Part shown: one piece after another, positions 25,604 through 34,124 of the stretch
Layout of the letters: each line of letters starts with the position of its first letter
Position numbering within the stretch: the first letter of the stretch is position 1
Virus record (IMG/VR): IMGVR_UViG_3300024187_000006
Coordinates: 1 to 39,940 of that record
From: a virus
Lineage: Duplodnaviria; Caudoviricetes
Direction: 5' to 3' (one strand)
Length of the DNA: 39,940 nt
Program-made: the position numbers and the translations under genes
Notes under the pieces: generated by a model
Seen by the model: the letters and a program-made list of their open reading frames with translations, nothing else
Database searches by the model: none
What the model was told of the DNA's origin: nothing

Positions 25604-26680
25604 CTAGGAAAGCAACTTCACGCCGAAGTCGGTAGCGTTGAATCCCACTTCCGTCCAGGGCAATCCAGTTGCGGGGTCAACATCCATCGCAAAGAAGAAA
25701 TATGAGTACGAATCGCCGGGGAACCATGGCGGGCTTACCTGATCAGGTGAGCCGCTCGGCCCGACAGTCTGTTCAAAGCTTCGGCCACCTTCAGCGTCCT
25801 TCCGTGCCAGGACGCCGTAATGGACCGCAATGATTGATCCGCCGGCTGGCACAGTCGTAGGCTGCCATGCGAAGTTTGCAGCATCGCCGATCGTATGGGA
25901 CTGGATGTAAATCGTGTCGTCATTCGTCTCAGCGAATTGATCGTTCACGTGGTCGAACAGGGTCGACGTAGTGCCGCCCACAGCTACCCATGCAGGCGTT
26001 GGAATGTCCGCGCGCGGGAACAGAACACCCAGCGCGGTATCCCCAAAGAAGTCGTGAATGCTTCCGCCACTCTGATCCGCGATCACGATGTCGTCGATGA
26101 TAGTCCCAGTCGGCGAGCTGCCCGCGGGATGGAAGGTGTGAAAGTTCACTTTCGCAGTGCGCAACAGAAGATCATTTACATCTATGTCTGTGCTTCCTGT
26201 GCCCGACGCCCAGGGCTGCGTGTTGACTTGGAAAGCCGCGGTTACCGAAATGTTGCTCGATCCTGAGAGGCTGAATTTAACCTCAAACCAGTACCAAATG
26301 TTGCCCTTGAGAAAGAATCCGTTGGCACCCGAATTCTGGATAAGATTATGACGCCCGTTGCCCGCGTACAGCGACACCGATCCGTCACCTTCGCCGTAGA
26401 TCGAAAAGAGCGTGGTATCACCGGCGTGTGAGGCTCGATAATAAAAGTCGTTTCCGAAGGTACCTGAGGTTTGCGTGCCGATGTTGATCGCCCAGCCAAT
26501 GACCCAGCCAGCTTGGTACGTCAGCGACTTCGAAACCTGCCCCGTTGAGTCGAGATTCAGACCGCGGCCGTTGCGCCCCGAAGCAGTCGAGTGCGTTCCG
26601 AAAAAAGATTCGTTCCACTTGAGCGTAATGTAGGCGTCCTGATCGTAGTGGTCGCATGAGTCCATGAATTGAACAGCCAT
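25604..26680 (-). CDS. putative virion structural protein, ConA/LamG-like (358 aa)
   Basis: start revised to MAVQFMDSCDHY (GGAGG RBS); WYWFEVK and IIDDIVIAD motifs. Confidence 0.7.
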   Translation of the reverse strand: MAVQFMDSCDHYDQDAYITLKWNESFFGTHSTASGRNGRGLNLDSTGQVSKSLTYQAGWVIGWAINIGTQTSGTFGNDFYYRASHAGDTTLFSIYGEGDGSVSLYAGNGRHNLIQNSGANGFFLKGNIWYWFEVKFSLSGSSNISVTAAFQVNTQPWASGTGSTDIDVNDLLLRTAKVNFHTFHPAGSSPTGTIIDDIVIADQSGGSIHDFFGDTALGVLFPRADIPTPAWVAVGGTTSTLFDHVNDQFAETNDDTIYIQSHTIGDAANFAWQPTTVPAGGSIIAVHYGVLARKDAEGGRSFEQTVGPSGSPDQVSPPWFPGDSYSYFFFAMDVDPATGLPWTEVGFNATDFGVKLLS

Positions 26681-26682
26681 TT

Positions 26683-26877
26683 TTAGTGTTTCCTCCGCAT
26701 GGCGGCCGTGGCTCGATTGTCCAGCCACACGCGAAACTGAATTCGCTTCCTTCCCTGCTGATCGGTTACGATGCGGAATTGCGTCTTGTGAACGAGTCCG
26801 CAGTCGCAGCACGCGAGCTTGTATCCTTTTCGGATAGGAGTGATCCACTCGCCGGCCTTTGGCCTGTCGTATTTCAT
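26683..26877 (-). CDS. small CCDC-motif phage protein
   Basis: EWITP..KGYKLACCDCGLVH...RATAAMRR; ATGA coupling. Confidence 0.75.
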   Translation of the reverse strand: MKYDRPKAGEWITPIRKGYKLACCDCGLVHKTQFRIVTDQQGRKRIQFRVWLDNRATAAMRRKH

Positions 26878-27074
26878 ATTTGCACTGTCGCTGTTTCCAG
26901 GAACTTCTTCCGATTCGTCAACCAGTCTGCTTGCTCTTGCTCGGTCAAGGGCCGCCCGTTGATCGTGACGATTGGTGGTTCAAGCCTGTCCACGGTTCCA
27001 CCGCAACCAGCACCGCCGCCTAACCAAAATCGCGGAGAAACTCTGACCTTAACGTCTTCCATTTGCTCACTCAT
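26874..27074 (-). CDS. hypothetical protein
   Basis: 66 aa, ATGA overlaps on both sides. Confidence 0.55.
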   Translation of the reverse strand: MSEQMEDVKVRVSPRFWLGGGAGCGGTVDRLEPPIVTINGRPLTEQEQADWLTNRKKFLETATVQI

Positions 27075-28693
27075 GTTTGCACCGTCACTGTGAGATTTGC
27101 GCCGGGTGTGGTCGAGCCCACCTGGGCGATGATGAAATCGATTGCGCCGTCTGGGCTGAACTGCACGCTTGTTGTTCCGCTCGGCGTGTTCGGCAGGTTC
27201 GGAGGCGTACCGAGCTGCAGCGATCCGCCGACCGTGAGCGCGCCCGCGATCGTGGGAAGCTGATTCGGCGGCCAGTCTGTGTTAGGAGCCGTGCGCTGAA
27301 AGAGGAAGTGATACGGCATTTGTCGACCATCCGGAACGTTGGTGGTCGAGTAGCTGTTGAATTTCGTGGTATCGATCACCAGCGTGTCGATGAGCCCCAC
27401 GGTTCCATCAGGCGCGATGAAACACACGTAGATGACGATCGATGCATCGGCGTCGCCGTTGAACGATACCGCGCCCACCGGAGCCGTCAACACCTTCGCA
27501 TACACGCATCGAATGCCTTCCCATGCTTGGGCTGAGATCCGCGCTTGCGAGGTCGCACCCACGCTCAGGTTGCCGGTGATTCCCAGCGTGCAGTAAGCGG
27601 CGCCGTTCATTGTGCGCATTCCGAGACTCGAGGGATTCGTTCTAACGTCGCGGGTCGACGTCCCAGGAAGAAACGGAGTCGGCGCAAGGTTGGTGAGGAT
27701 CGGCGCCGACTGCCCTGCTTGCCCGACGACCACCGCCGCTACGGTCATATTCGGCCAAGGGAGTAAGATCACCTGCGGGCCGAGCTGCGCATCGATCGCA
27801 CGTATCCATCCCTTGTTGATCAGCCGGTAGAAGTTTTTGCTAGTGTGCGCCGCGAGTAGCGATCCATACTGAGCTTCGCCTGTGGGCGCCTCGTTGCGCG
27901 CTCGCTGAAGCGTGAACGTTGCGTGGGTCGCGTCACTGAAGACGATGTTGGTTATTTGATCGATTTCGTACGAGTAGTAGTTTTTGCCGCTCGGGATGGT
28001 GGGGTCGTTCCAGACGATGAAATCGCCGATCTGCCACTGTCGCCCGATGTCAGCAGTAATGACGCCGCCGCTACCTCCACCGCCGCTAATTGCAACCGAA
28101 AGAGGTGCGACCAATCCATAGCCCGAGTTGGTGACAGTGACAGAATCAAGAAATCCACCAGAGACCGCAGCAACAAGAGCCGCTCCGTTCGTGTTTCCGT
28201 TCGCGTCAGTGAGCGTGAGTGTCGGAGCAGAGCCGTAACCAGAGCCAGGATTTGAGACTCGCGCTTGCAGTCCGAAACGGCTGGAGGATGTGAGAGTAGC
28301 TGTAAAAGTAACCGGATCGTCGCTCGCATTGATTGTTCCATTTCCAAACCATCCTGTATCGGTTTCATCGACTGAAGGCGCGACCACTTCCAGTACCGGA
28401 GCCTCTGCCGATCCTTGCGTGAGAAACTGCAGCAGCCGCACGAACCACGAAGTCCAGGGCTTCGAAAACTTGCTGGTGTTCAGCGCCGATACGAGCTGCT
28501 CATGCGTGACCTGTCCGGGATTCTGTCCGATGGTTCCTTGGCTGAGATCCAAGATCGGGCTCGGAATCGGAGGACGCCCGAGGTCAATGCCGCTGTCGAT
28601 CGCCGGCTGTTGCGCAAGTAGGGATTCAAGGGTGAGACAGCCGTAGTACTGGCCCGGTCGAAGCTGAAAGATAAGCTGTGGCGATGTGCTCAC
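27071..28693 (-). CDS. tail-associated structural protein (gp26-like position)
   Basis: 540 aa; PWTSWF motif, NPGSGYGSAPTLTL/NSGYG repeat, AQVGSTTPGANLTV C-terminus. Confidence 0.7.
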   Translation of the reverse strand: MSTSPQLIFQLRPGQYYGCLTLESLLAQQPAIDSGIDLGRPPIPSPILDLSQGTIGQNPGQVTHEQLVSALNTSKFSKPWTSWFVRLLQFLTQGSAEAPVLEVVAPSVDETDTGWFGNGTINASDDPVTFTATLTSSSRFGLQARVSNPGSGYGSAPTLTLTDANGNTNGAALVAAVSGGFLDSVTVTNSGYGLVAPLSVAISGGGGSGGVITADIGRQWQIGDFIVWNDPTIPSGKNYYSYEIDQITNIVFSDATHATFTLQRARNEAPTGEAQYGSLLAAHTSKNFYRLINKGWIRAIDAQLGPQVILLPWPNMTVAAVVVGQAGQSAPILTNLAPTPFLPGTSTRDVRTNPSSLGMRTMNGAAYCTLGITGNLSVGATSQARISAQAWEGIRCVYAKVLTAPVGAVSFNGDADASIVIYVCFIAPDGTVGLIDTLVIDTTKFNSYSTTNVPDGRQMPYHFLFQRTAPNTDWPPNQLPTIAGALTVGGSLQLGTPPNLPNTPSGTTSVQFSPDGAIDFIIAQVGSTTPGANLTVTVQT

Positions 28694-28878
28694 GCAAACA
28701 GTGTAACCAGTTCCGCTTCCTTTTCAGTGAGAGGCGAATATAACATCCTCGAAGGATCAGCCGACAGACACGCCCAGATTCCCGAGCAACCGACTGCGCA
28801 GGCCCATATTCGCATGTCTCCTTCGGTAGAAACTTCTTCCACTTTCGCGCCACATCTGCACTTCTCGGGGATCTTCAC
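28690..28878 (-). CDS. small Cys-rich hypothetical protein
   Basis: 62 aa, coupled; internal IWAC duplication. Confidence 0.55.
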   Translation of the reverse strand: MKIPEKCRCGAKVEEVSTEGDMRIWACAVGCSGIWACLSADPSRMLYSPLTEKEAELVTLFA

Positions 28879-29087
28879 GGATTCGCGCCCTCACCTCTGC
28901 CTGCTCGCCAGTCGATGTCACGAGCATGGGCCATGTCCATCGCCAGCTTGGCGTCAAGAATGAAGTCGAATACCGGCGTTACCTGCCCCGCTGGGTGCTT
29001 ATGCACGACACGGAACCAGGGTTGCGCCTTTCGCTCTCCGCCGAATGGATCAGGGCTCGGCTCAGCGTAATGGAATTCGCCCTTCAA
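28875..29087 (-). CDS. hypothetical protein
   Basis: 70 aa, coupled on both sides. Confidence 0.6.
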   Translation of the reverse strand: MKGEFHYAEPSPDPFGGERKAQPWFRVVHKHPAGQVTPVFDFILDAKLAMDMAHARDIDWRAGRGEGANP

Positions 29088-29383
29088 TCGACGACACCCT
29101 CAACGCCTGTGCGTTCTTTCCATCCCGCGATCTTCATCAGCCGCAGCGCATCGGTTGCCGGAATAGGAATGTTCGCGTTCGCAACCAACAGCACGTACGC
29201 GCCGCTGGAATTGCCGTTCTGATCGACCTGCGGAGCGCATACTTTGATTTCATCGATCTTGACGGCGATAGGGCCATGCGGCGTCATCCAACCGAAGTAC
29301 TTTGATTGACCGCTCGGCGGTTCCCATGATGAAGCGATCGGCGCGACCCTGCCATTAGGTGTGAAGATCCTTGGTTCTGACAT
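29084..29383 (-). CDS. hypothetical protein
   Basis: 99 aa after gp10-like gene. Confidence 0.65.
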   Translation of the reverse strand: MSEPRIFTPNGRVAPIASSWEPPSGQSKYFGWMTPHGPIAVKIDEIKVCAPQVDQNGNSSGAYVLLVANANIPIPATDALRLMKIAGWKERTGVEGVVD

Positions 29384-29399
29384 GTGTATGTGCTCAAGT

Positions 29400-30947
29400 C
29401 TACGACAGGGTTAGATCTGCGTCAAGCCAAGCTTCAGGTGCGTTGTTTGTTGACTGAATGCGATAGTTGCGCGAGCGAGCGCGCCCGAGGTTGTTCTTCA
29501 AGACGCGCGCGATTCCCTTAGTCGTGTTCTGTTGCGGGTTCAGAGCGAACGATGTCCCGTAGTTAGAACCTCCATCGTTCGACCAATCTAGGTTGTAGGT
29601 CCGCCCGGTCACCGCTGAGTATGGGCCGCCGATCTGCAGCCAGAACTGACCATGCCGCTTCCATTGGAGGCCCTGCGTTGGGTTCGGACCTACTCTGCAG
29701 CGTAGTATTGGCGAACCAGAGTCTTGATAGGTATTGAGGTCTGAGGCGTACACGTTCCCTGTGCCGTCACCAGCGACAAAGTGCTTCCCTCCGGTCCAGG
29801 CGTGGAACTTCCAGGATGCGGACAGCGAACCAAGACTGGCTCCCCGAGCTCTCTGGTGCCACATAGGACGGCCAGAAGCATCAGGGCAAGAGAAGTCAGC
29901 AACAACAGTGACGCCAGCGGTCGGAAACGTAAGTACATAGTTGATGTGTCCCGTGCGTTGCTCCGAATACCCGATCGCGTCCGAAACGTCGATTCCTGCA
30001 ATCACAAACTGCTGAATCAAATATTCAATCGCGTGATTGGAAACACGAACCGGTGTGTATCCGTTCATCGCCCAGACGATGCCGACGCCGCGATCATCGC
30101 CACCAAGGAAGGTGAGCTGGTTATTGCAATTGCAGATGGAGTTCGGCGCCCATAGCCCTTGATTGATGAATGCGCCAGGAACTCTCTGAAATGGAAAAGG
30201 GTCGAGCGCTGATCCGCCGGTGTTGTACCAGACTTCGGTGGTTCGCTTTCCAAAAAGCCAAAGCTCTTCCGGGCCGCCGCCGCCGAAGCTCCCGGGCGTA
30301 AAGATCATCTGCAGCTGATCAGGTGCGCCGGTCTTGATTCCAAAGTCGAGCGGGTCCCAGACATTGCCGAGGAAGATCTCCGAGATGTTGAATTGCGTGC
30401 CGTCGATCGTGTTGATTGGAACCGTGCCCGAGCCGTTGCCCGGCGGAATCGGCGGCCGAAGTACTACGCCGTATCCGTCGATGCATCCGACTCCGACACC
30501 TGAGATGAGAGCTGGCGGGCTGGGTGTAGTGCCGTCAACGTACCAGATGTTATCCAGAGTGCCGTCTGTGCCATCCCAAACCAGTAGTGCACCAGAGGTT
30601 GGGCCAGTAAGACCGGGTCCGGAGGGTACAAATACAATTTGAGCGGGGCCGGAAGCATTCCGGATTGCGTAGGTGTGGAGCACCGCTCCGCTCGTGACGC
30701 TGAGTTCATAGAGGTTTCCGCCGCCCACCACAAACAGCCGATTGTTGCCGCCCCAGAGCGCTCGCACAGCGCCGCTAACGCTTCCGAAGACGCTGGAGCC
30801 AGGCGTATGGTAGTACGCCATCTTGGCCGCCGCTGAGCCGTGCCCCGATTCGACGATTTCAGGGTACATGTTTAGGATAAACTCGGCGTCAACCGCAGGA
30901 TTCTGCGATTGGTACGTAGGACCAATAAACCCCCACGCGCCAGCCAT
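29400..30947 (-). CDS. tail hub / packaged DNA stabilization protein (P22 gp10-like)
   Basis: GFIGPTY, NMYPE, LWLFGKRTTEVWYNTG, FPFQRVPG, RVSNHAIE, LDWSNDGG, LGRARSR motifs. Confidence 0.92.
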   Translation of the reverse strand: MAGAWGFIGPTYQSQNPAVDAEFILNMYPEIVESGHGSAAAKMAYYHTPGSSVFGSVSGAVRALWGGNNRLFVVGGGNLYELSVTSGAVLHTYAIRNASGPAQIVFVPSGPGLTGPTSGALLVWDGTDGTLDNIWYVDGTTPSPPALISGVGVGCIDGYGVVLRPPIPPGNGSGTVPINTIDGTQFNISEIFLGNVWDPLDFGIKTGAPDQLQMIFTPGSFGGGGPEELWLFGKRTTEVWYNTGGSALDPFPFQRVPGAFINQGLWAPNSICNCNNQLTFLGGDDRGVGIVWAMNGYTPVRVSNHAIEYLIQQFVIAGIDVSDAIGYSEQRTGHINYVLTFPTAGVTVVADFSCPDASGRPMWHQRARGASLGSLSASWKFHAWTGGKHFVAGDGTGNVYASDLNTYQDSGSPILRCRVGPNPTQGLQWKRHGQFWLQIGGPYSAVTGRTYNLDWSNDGGSNYGTSFALNPQQNTTKGIARVLKNNLGRARSRNYRIQSTNNAPEAWLDADLTLS

Positions 30948-31198
30948 CAGGCCACCTGTACCACTGGATAGATTTTCTTTGTGCCGTCAGCGCGTACAGC
31001 TTGGCGAATCGCAACCGCCCAGAAGGCAGAAGGTTGATTCGATTTACAGAATTGGTCGTATAGCTCTTTGGATATGCCGCTGTGCACCCACACGCGACCG
31101 TCCTGGAACTCGATGCGCAAGCTCTTGGCGTGCTCATCGTAGCGATGGGCTTTAATCACCCCTGCCAGCTTGCCGGGTTCCACCTCGCGCCGTTCCAT
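30947..31198 (-). CDS. KTSC domain protein
   Basis: start revised to MERREV; YDEHAKSLRIEFQDGRVWVHSGISKELYDQF...S.FW...IR. Confidence 0.8.
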   Translation of the reverse strand: MERREVEPGKLAGVIKAHRYDEHAKSLRIEFQDGRVWVHSGISKELYDQFCKSNQPSAFWAVAIRQAVRADGTKKIYPVVQVA

Positions 31199-31201
31199 AT
31201 A

Positions 31202-31248
31202 GGAAGAGAGTACCATTGACGAAACTCGGTTTGTTGTGGCACTCTTCC
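31202..31248. promoter_or_regulatory. back-to-back divergent promoters
   Basis: minus TG-G-TACTCT-8-ATG; plus TTGACG-18-CACTCT-7-ATG. Confidence 0.55.
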
Positions 31249-31252
31249 GTTG

Positions 31253-31525
31253 ATGAAGACATTCGAGGAAGCAATAAAGCTGGTCGCGTGCATGAGTAGC
31301 ACCGTAGCAGAGGCGGAAGCCATCGGGGCTGAGATCGACGAACGCGCGCGAAAGTACCTGTCAATCAAGGACGACGCGGCCCGCTCCCCCGAGGTCGACC
31401 GAATGATTTTCATGTTTATGATGCTTGTGAACACCGACGAAATGAAGCCTATGGATGCGATGTTTTCGCTGTTCATGAATGGCCTGGTAGTCGGGATGGA
31501 AATGGAGAAACAGGATGGATTATGA
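31253..31525 (+). CDS. hypothetical protein (plus-strand island)
   Basis: 90 aa Met-rich ORF after promoter. Confidence 0.65.
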   Translation: MKTFEEAIKLVACMSSTVAEAEAIGAEIDERARKYLSIKDDAARSPEVDRMIFMFMMLVNTDEMKPMDAMFSLFMNGLVVGMEMEKQDGL

Positions 31526-31760
31526 AGAGTTCTTAGCTACCGTCGCCTGCATCATCGTAGGCGGGTTCGTGGTTTTCTGTCTCGGATTCCGCGCAGGCCG
31601 CCGCTATGAATCCAAGCTCAACGCGAAATGGTACGGCGAGCGACAACAGCGCCACCAGAGGTTTGTGGAAGAGTGGGGCGCTAACGCTCAAGCAGCACCT
31701 CCCAGTACCGACAAGATGCAAGGGTCGTCGTTTGATCCTTACGATGGAGCTGGTCGATGA
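31515..31760 (+). CDS. single-TM membrane protein (plus-strand island)
   Basis: GGAG RBS; FLATVACIIVGGFVVFCLGFRAGRR. Confidence 0.7.
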   Translation: MDYEEFLATVACIIVGGFVVFCLGFRAGRRYESKLNAKWYGERQQRHQRFVEEWGANAQAAPPSTDKMQGSSFDPYDGAGR

Positions 31761-32125
31761 GAGAACCAACTGACGACTTCACACCGATCGAAAACCGTTT
31801 TATCGATAACGCCATGGTGATCACCCATGCACGAAGCGTTAATTGGATGCGGGAACTGCACACAGCCTACCATAGGGCGTTCGCGCGAAGCGCGCTTCAA
31901 TCCGCGATCACTACTGAGCAACTTGAGCGGGAATCGCCGACAACGGGCTTGACGGTGGAGGGGCATCCGGTTGACCAAAGTTTGAGGCATTCATGGCCCG
32001 GAATGCCGCCTTCGCTTCCGCCGCGTCCTGTTCCAATCGAGGAGGCATTTGAGCGCTGGGGTATTGAGGAAAAATCTCACAAGCAAAGTTCTGAACCAAC
32101 ATCCGGTCAAGACCCTGAGGCGTGA
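31757..32125 (+). CDS. hypothetical protein overlapping gp4-like gene antisense
   Basis: GGAG RBS, ATGA coupling; 215-bp convergent overlap lowers confidence. Confidence 0.4.
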   Translation: MREPTDDFTPIENRFIDNAMVITHARSVNWMRELHTAYHRAFARSALQSAITTEQLERESPTTGLTVEGHPVDQSLRHSWPGMPPSLPPRPVPIEEAFERWGIEEKSHKQSSEPTSGQDPEA

Positions 32126-32639
32126 CCACCACAGTTGTCAGATCCGGGAACTCTGCGAGCGACTGCCAGCCGCCGACCTCGAGCTTGATCGCGGTTCCAG
32201 TGAAGAACGGCGTCGGCCAGAGGTTCCCCGTCGCCACCGGAAACTGGTAGTCGTAGTACAGAATCTGGGGAACCTGCGACGCTGCGGCCTTATCCGACTC
32301 CTGCGTAAATTCCTTCTGAGAAACGATGCGGCACGGCTCAGTTGTGAACGTTCCCGAGACGGCCGCGCTGGGCACTAGGATGTTGGCTGTATCCAGACGA
32401 ACGAATCGAGTCGCGAACGCTCCGCTTCCGAAAAGCACAGTCGCTGTTCCGCTCACAAGGTTCGCGCTCGTAGTGACAATAACCGGAATGTTGACACGCT
32501 CGAGCGAGTAGTTATCGAGCATGTTGTTTGCGACCAAGAGAAGGTCGTTCAGCTCGGACGTCGATGGAATTTCGCCGGGATCGTAAACGCCCAGCATCAA
32601 CAGAGCCTGTTGCGCGAGACTAGTCAAGCTGAGCGACAT
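31911..32639 (-). CDS. head-to-tail adaptor (P22 gp4-like), copy 2
   Basis: ALLMLGVYDPGEIPS..E..D.L...NNMLD, PQILYYD, LWPTP, PQGLDRMLVQNFACEIFPQY. Confidence 0.82.
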   Translation of the reverse strand: MSLSLTSLAQQALLMLGVYDPGEIPSTSELNDLLLVANNMLDNYSLERVNIPVIVTTSANLVSGTATVLFGSGAFATRFVRLDTANILVPSAAVSGTFTTEPCRIVSQKEFTQESDKAAASQVPQILYYDYQFPVATGNLWPTPFFTGTAIKLEVGGWQSLAEFPDLTTVVVTPQGLDRMLVQNFACEIFPQYPSAQMPPRLEQDAAEAKAAFRAMNASNFGQPDAPPPSSPLSAIPAQVAQ

Positions 32640-32648
32640 ATTTTTCTC

Positions 32649-34124
32649 CTAGAAGTTGATGGTAGCGTGTCCGGTCTGGCCGCCGCCCGTTGGAGGCTGC
32701 GACTGCAGAGCCCCGATGTCCAGAAACCCAGTGCCGCCGATCGATGTCCCACCGTTCGCGAGTACGCCGGGGAACCCGTTGCTCTTTAGTAGCGGCCCGC
32801 CGCCGGCGGTTGAGTTCGGCGAAAAGTCGTTCGACGTTCCGTTGGTGAAAGGGTCCGCGGTCAATGTCTGATCGTTCGCGCCCGCCACAAGGTTTGTTAG
32901 ATTGCCGCCGGTGTTGCTGCCATAAGCATTCCAGTTGAACATCGCACCGCCCAAGGGAACCGAGCCGGTCGTATCATTGAAGCCCACGCCGGTGTTGCCA
33001 TAGGACACGCTATTTTCGATCACGGTCGGGCTCGACGGAGCAATGCGGAATCCATCGCGGCCGTTCTTGTAGGCGATACAGCTCTGGCACATGAACATCC
33101 AGCCGCTATTGGTGGTGATATTAAAACCATCTGTGTTACCGCCGGTGTTGTTCGCCGCAATGCAGCGAATGCAGAAAAACACGGCTCCTTTGAACCCAAA
33201 CGCTCCTGTACCGCCGACAGCCAGGCAGTCGATGCAGAAGTTCGGCCCGTTGCCTTGCTCCATCAAGAAACCTGTGGTCGCGCCTGAGCCAAGATTTTCG
33301 ACGGTGCACCGCACGCAGGCGTGACCCTGGTTATTGAACACAATGCCGTTATTAGTGCAGCCGCCCTTTACGAGAATGTTCTCGGCTTTATTCTGGCCGC
33401 TTGTGCCCTGAATGTTCATTCCGATGCTGTTCGTAGAATTGCAATCGATCACGAAGTTTCGGAACGTCAAGCCGCCAATCGACGTGATGTTGACCATCGT
33501 GCTTGATCCGCTCGACTGCTGAATCGTCACCGGACCGCCGTCGCCGCGGGTCGACGTGTAGCCTGAAATCTGTGTCGAAACGTTCGAGGATGCCGAAGAG
33601 CTGTAGTTGATCGCGATCGACGAAGTGATCGAAATCGTGCCCGACGCTTTCACCCAAGTGATATTGCCGGCCGTGGCAATCGAGTTCATCGCGCCGATGG
33701 TCGCGAACGCGCCGCCAAGGTTACCTGTACAGGTGCTGGCCGCCGTGCCCACCGATCGGTCCATCGTCGCTGTGACGCTTGACACCGAAGAGATTGAGAA
33801 CCATCCCGTCGTGCATCCCGATCCGCCCGTAATGTTGATGAAGTTTCCAGGATGCGTTGAGCCGAACGGATGCGCCGCGCTCGTAAGCTGTGTGGTGGTC
33901 GAGCCAATCACCAGGTCGGTGTAGGTGGTCTGCGCGGAATTCTGCTGGCTGAAATCCGTGCCGCTCGCTCCAGACACGAACCCGCCGCCGTTTGTGTCGG
34001 CGCCCGCAGTCGGCCGGATCTCCCAGACAGTGCCGGCCGGGATGGCGGCCCTCAAAGGAGCGCAAGAAACAAGCAGTAGACACCAGGCGGTCAGTAATCT
34101 GAAGACAAACGCTATTCGTCGCAT
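32649..34124 (-). CDS. parallel beta-helix (pectate-lyase-like) spike protein with N-terminal signal peptide
   Basis: N/G/T-rich repeats (CIAANNTG, CIAYKNGRDGF, SVSYGNTGVGF), terminal LDIGALQ. Confidence 0.75.
   Translation of the reverse strand: MRRIAFVFRLLTAWCLLLVSCAPLRAAIPAGTVWEIRPTAGADTNGGGFVSGASGTDFSQQNSAQTTYTDLVIGSTTTQLTSAAHPFGSTHPGNFINITGGSGCTTGWFSISSVSSVTATMDRSVGTAASTCTGNLGGAFATIGAMNSIATAGNITWVKASGTISITSSIAINYSSSASSNVSTQISGYTSTRGDGGPVTIQQSSGSSTMVNITSIGGLTFRNFVIDCNSTNSIGMNIQGTSGQNKAENILVKGGCTNNGIVFNNQGHACVRCTVENLGSGATTGFLMEQGNGPNFCIDCLAVGGTGAFGFKGAVFFCIRCIAANNTGGNTDGFNITTNSGWMFMCQSCIAYKNGRDGFRIAPSSPTVIENSVSYGNTGVGFNDTTGSVPLGGAMFNWNAYGSNTGGNLTNLVAGANDQTLTADPFTNGTSNDFSPNSTAGGGPLLKSNGFPGVLANGGTSIGGTGFLDIGALQSQPPTGGGQTGHATINF

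Noticed and set aside
26681-26848. N-terminal extension of the 414-aa ORF
   Set aside because: Overlaps the CCDC-motif gene in another frame; a GGAGG RBS supports the start at 26680
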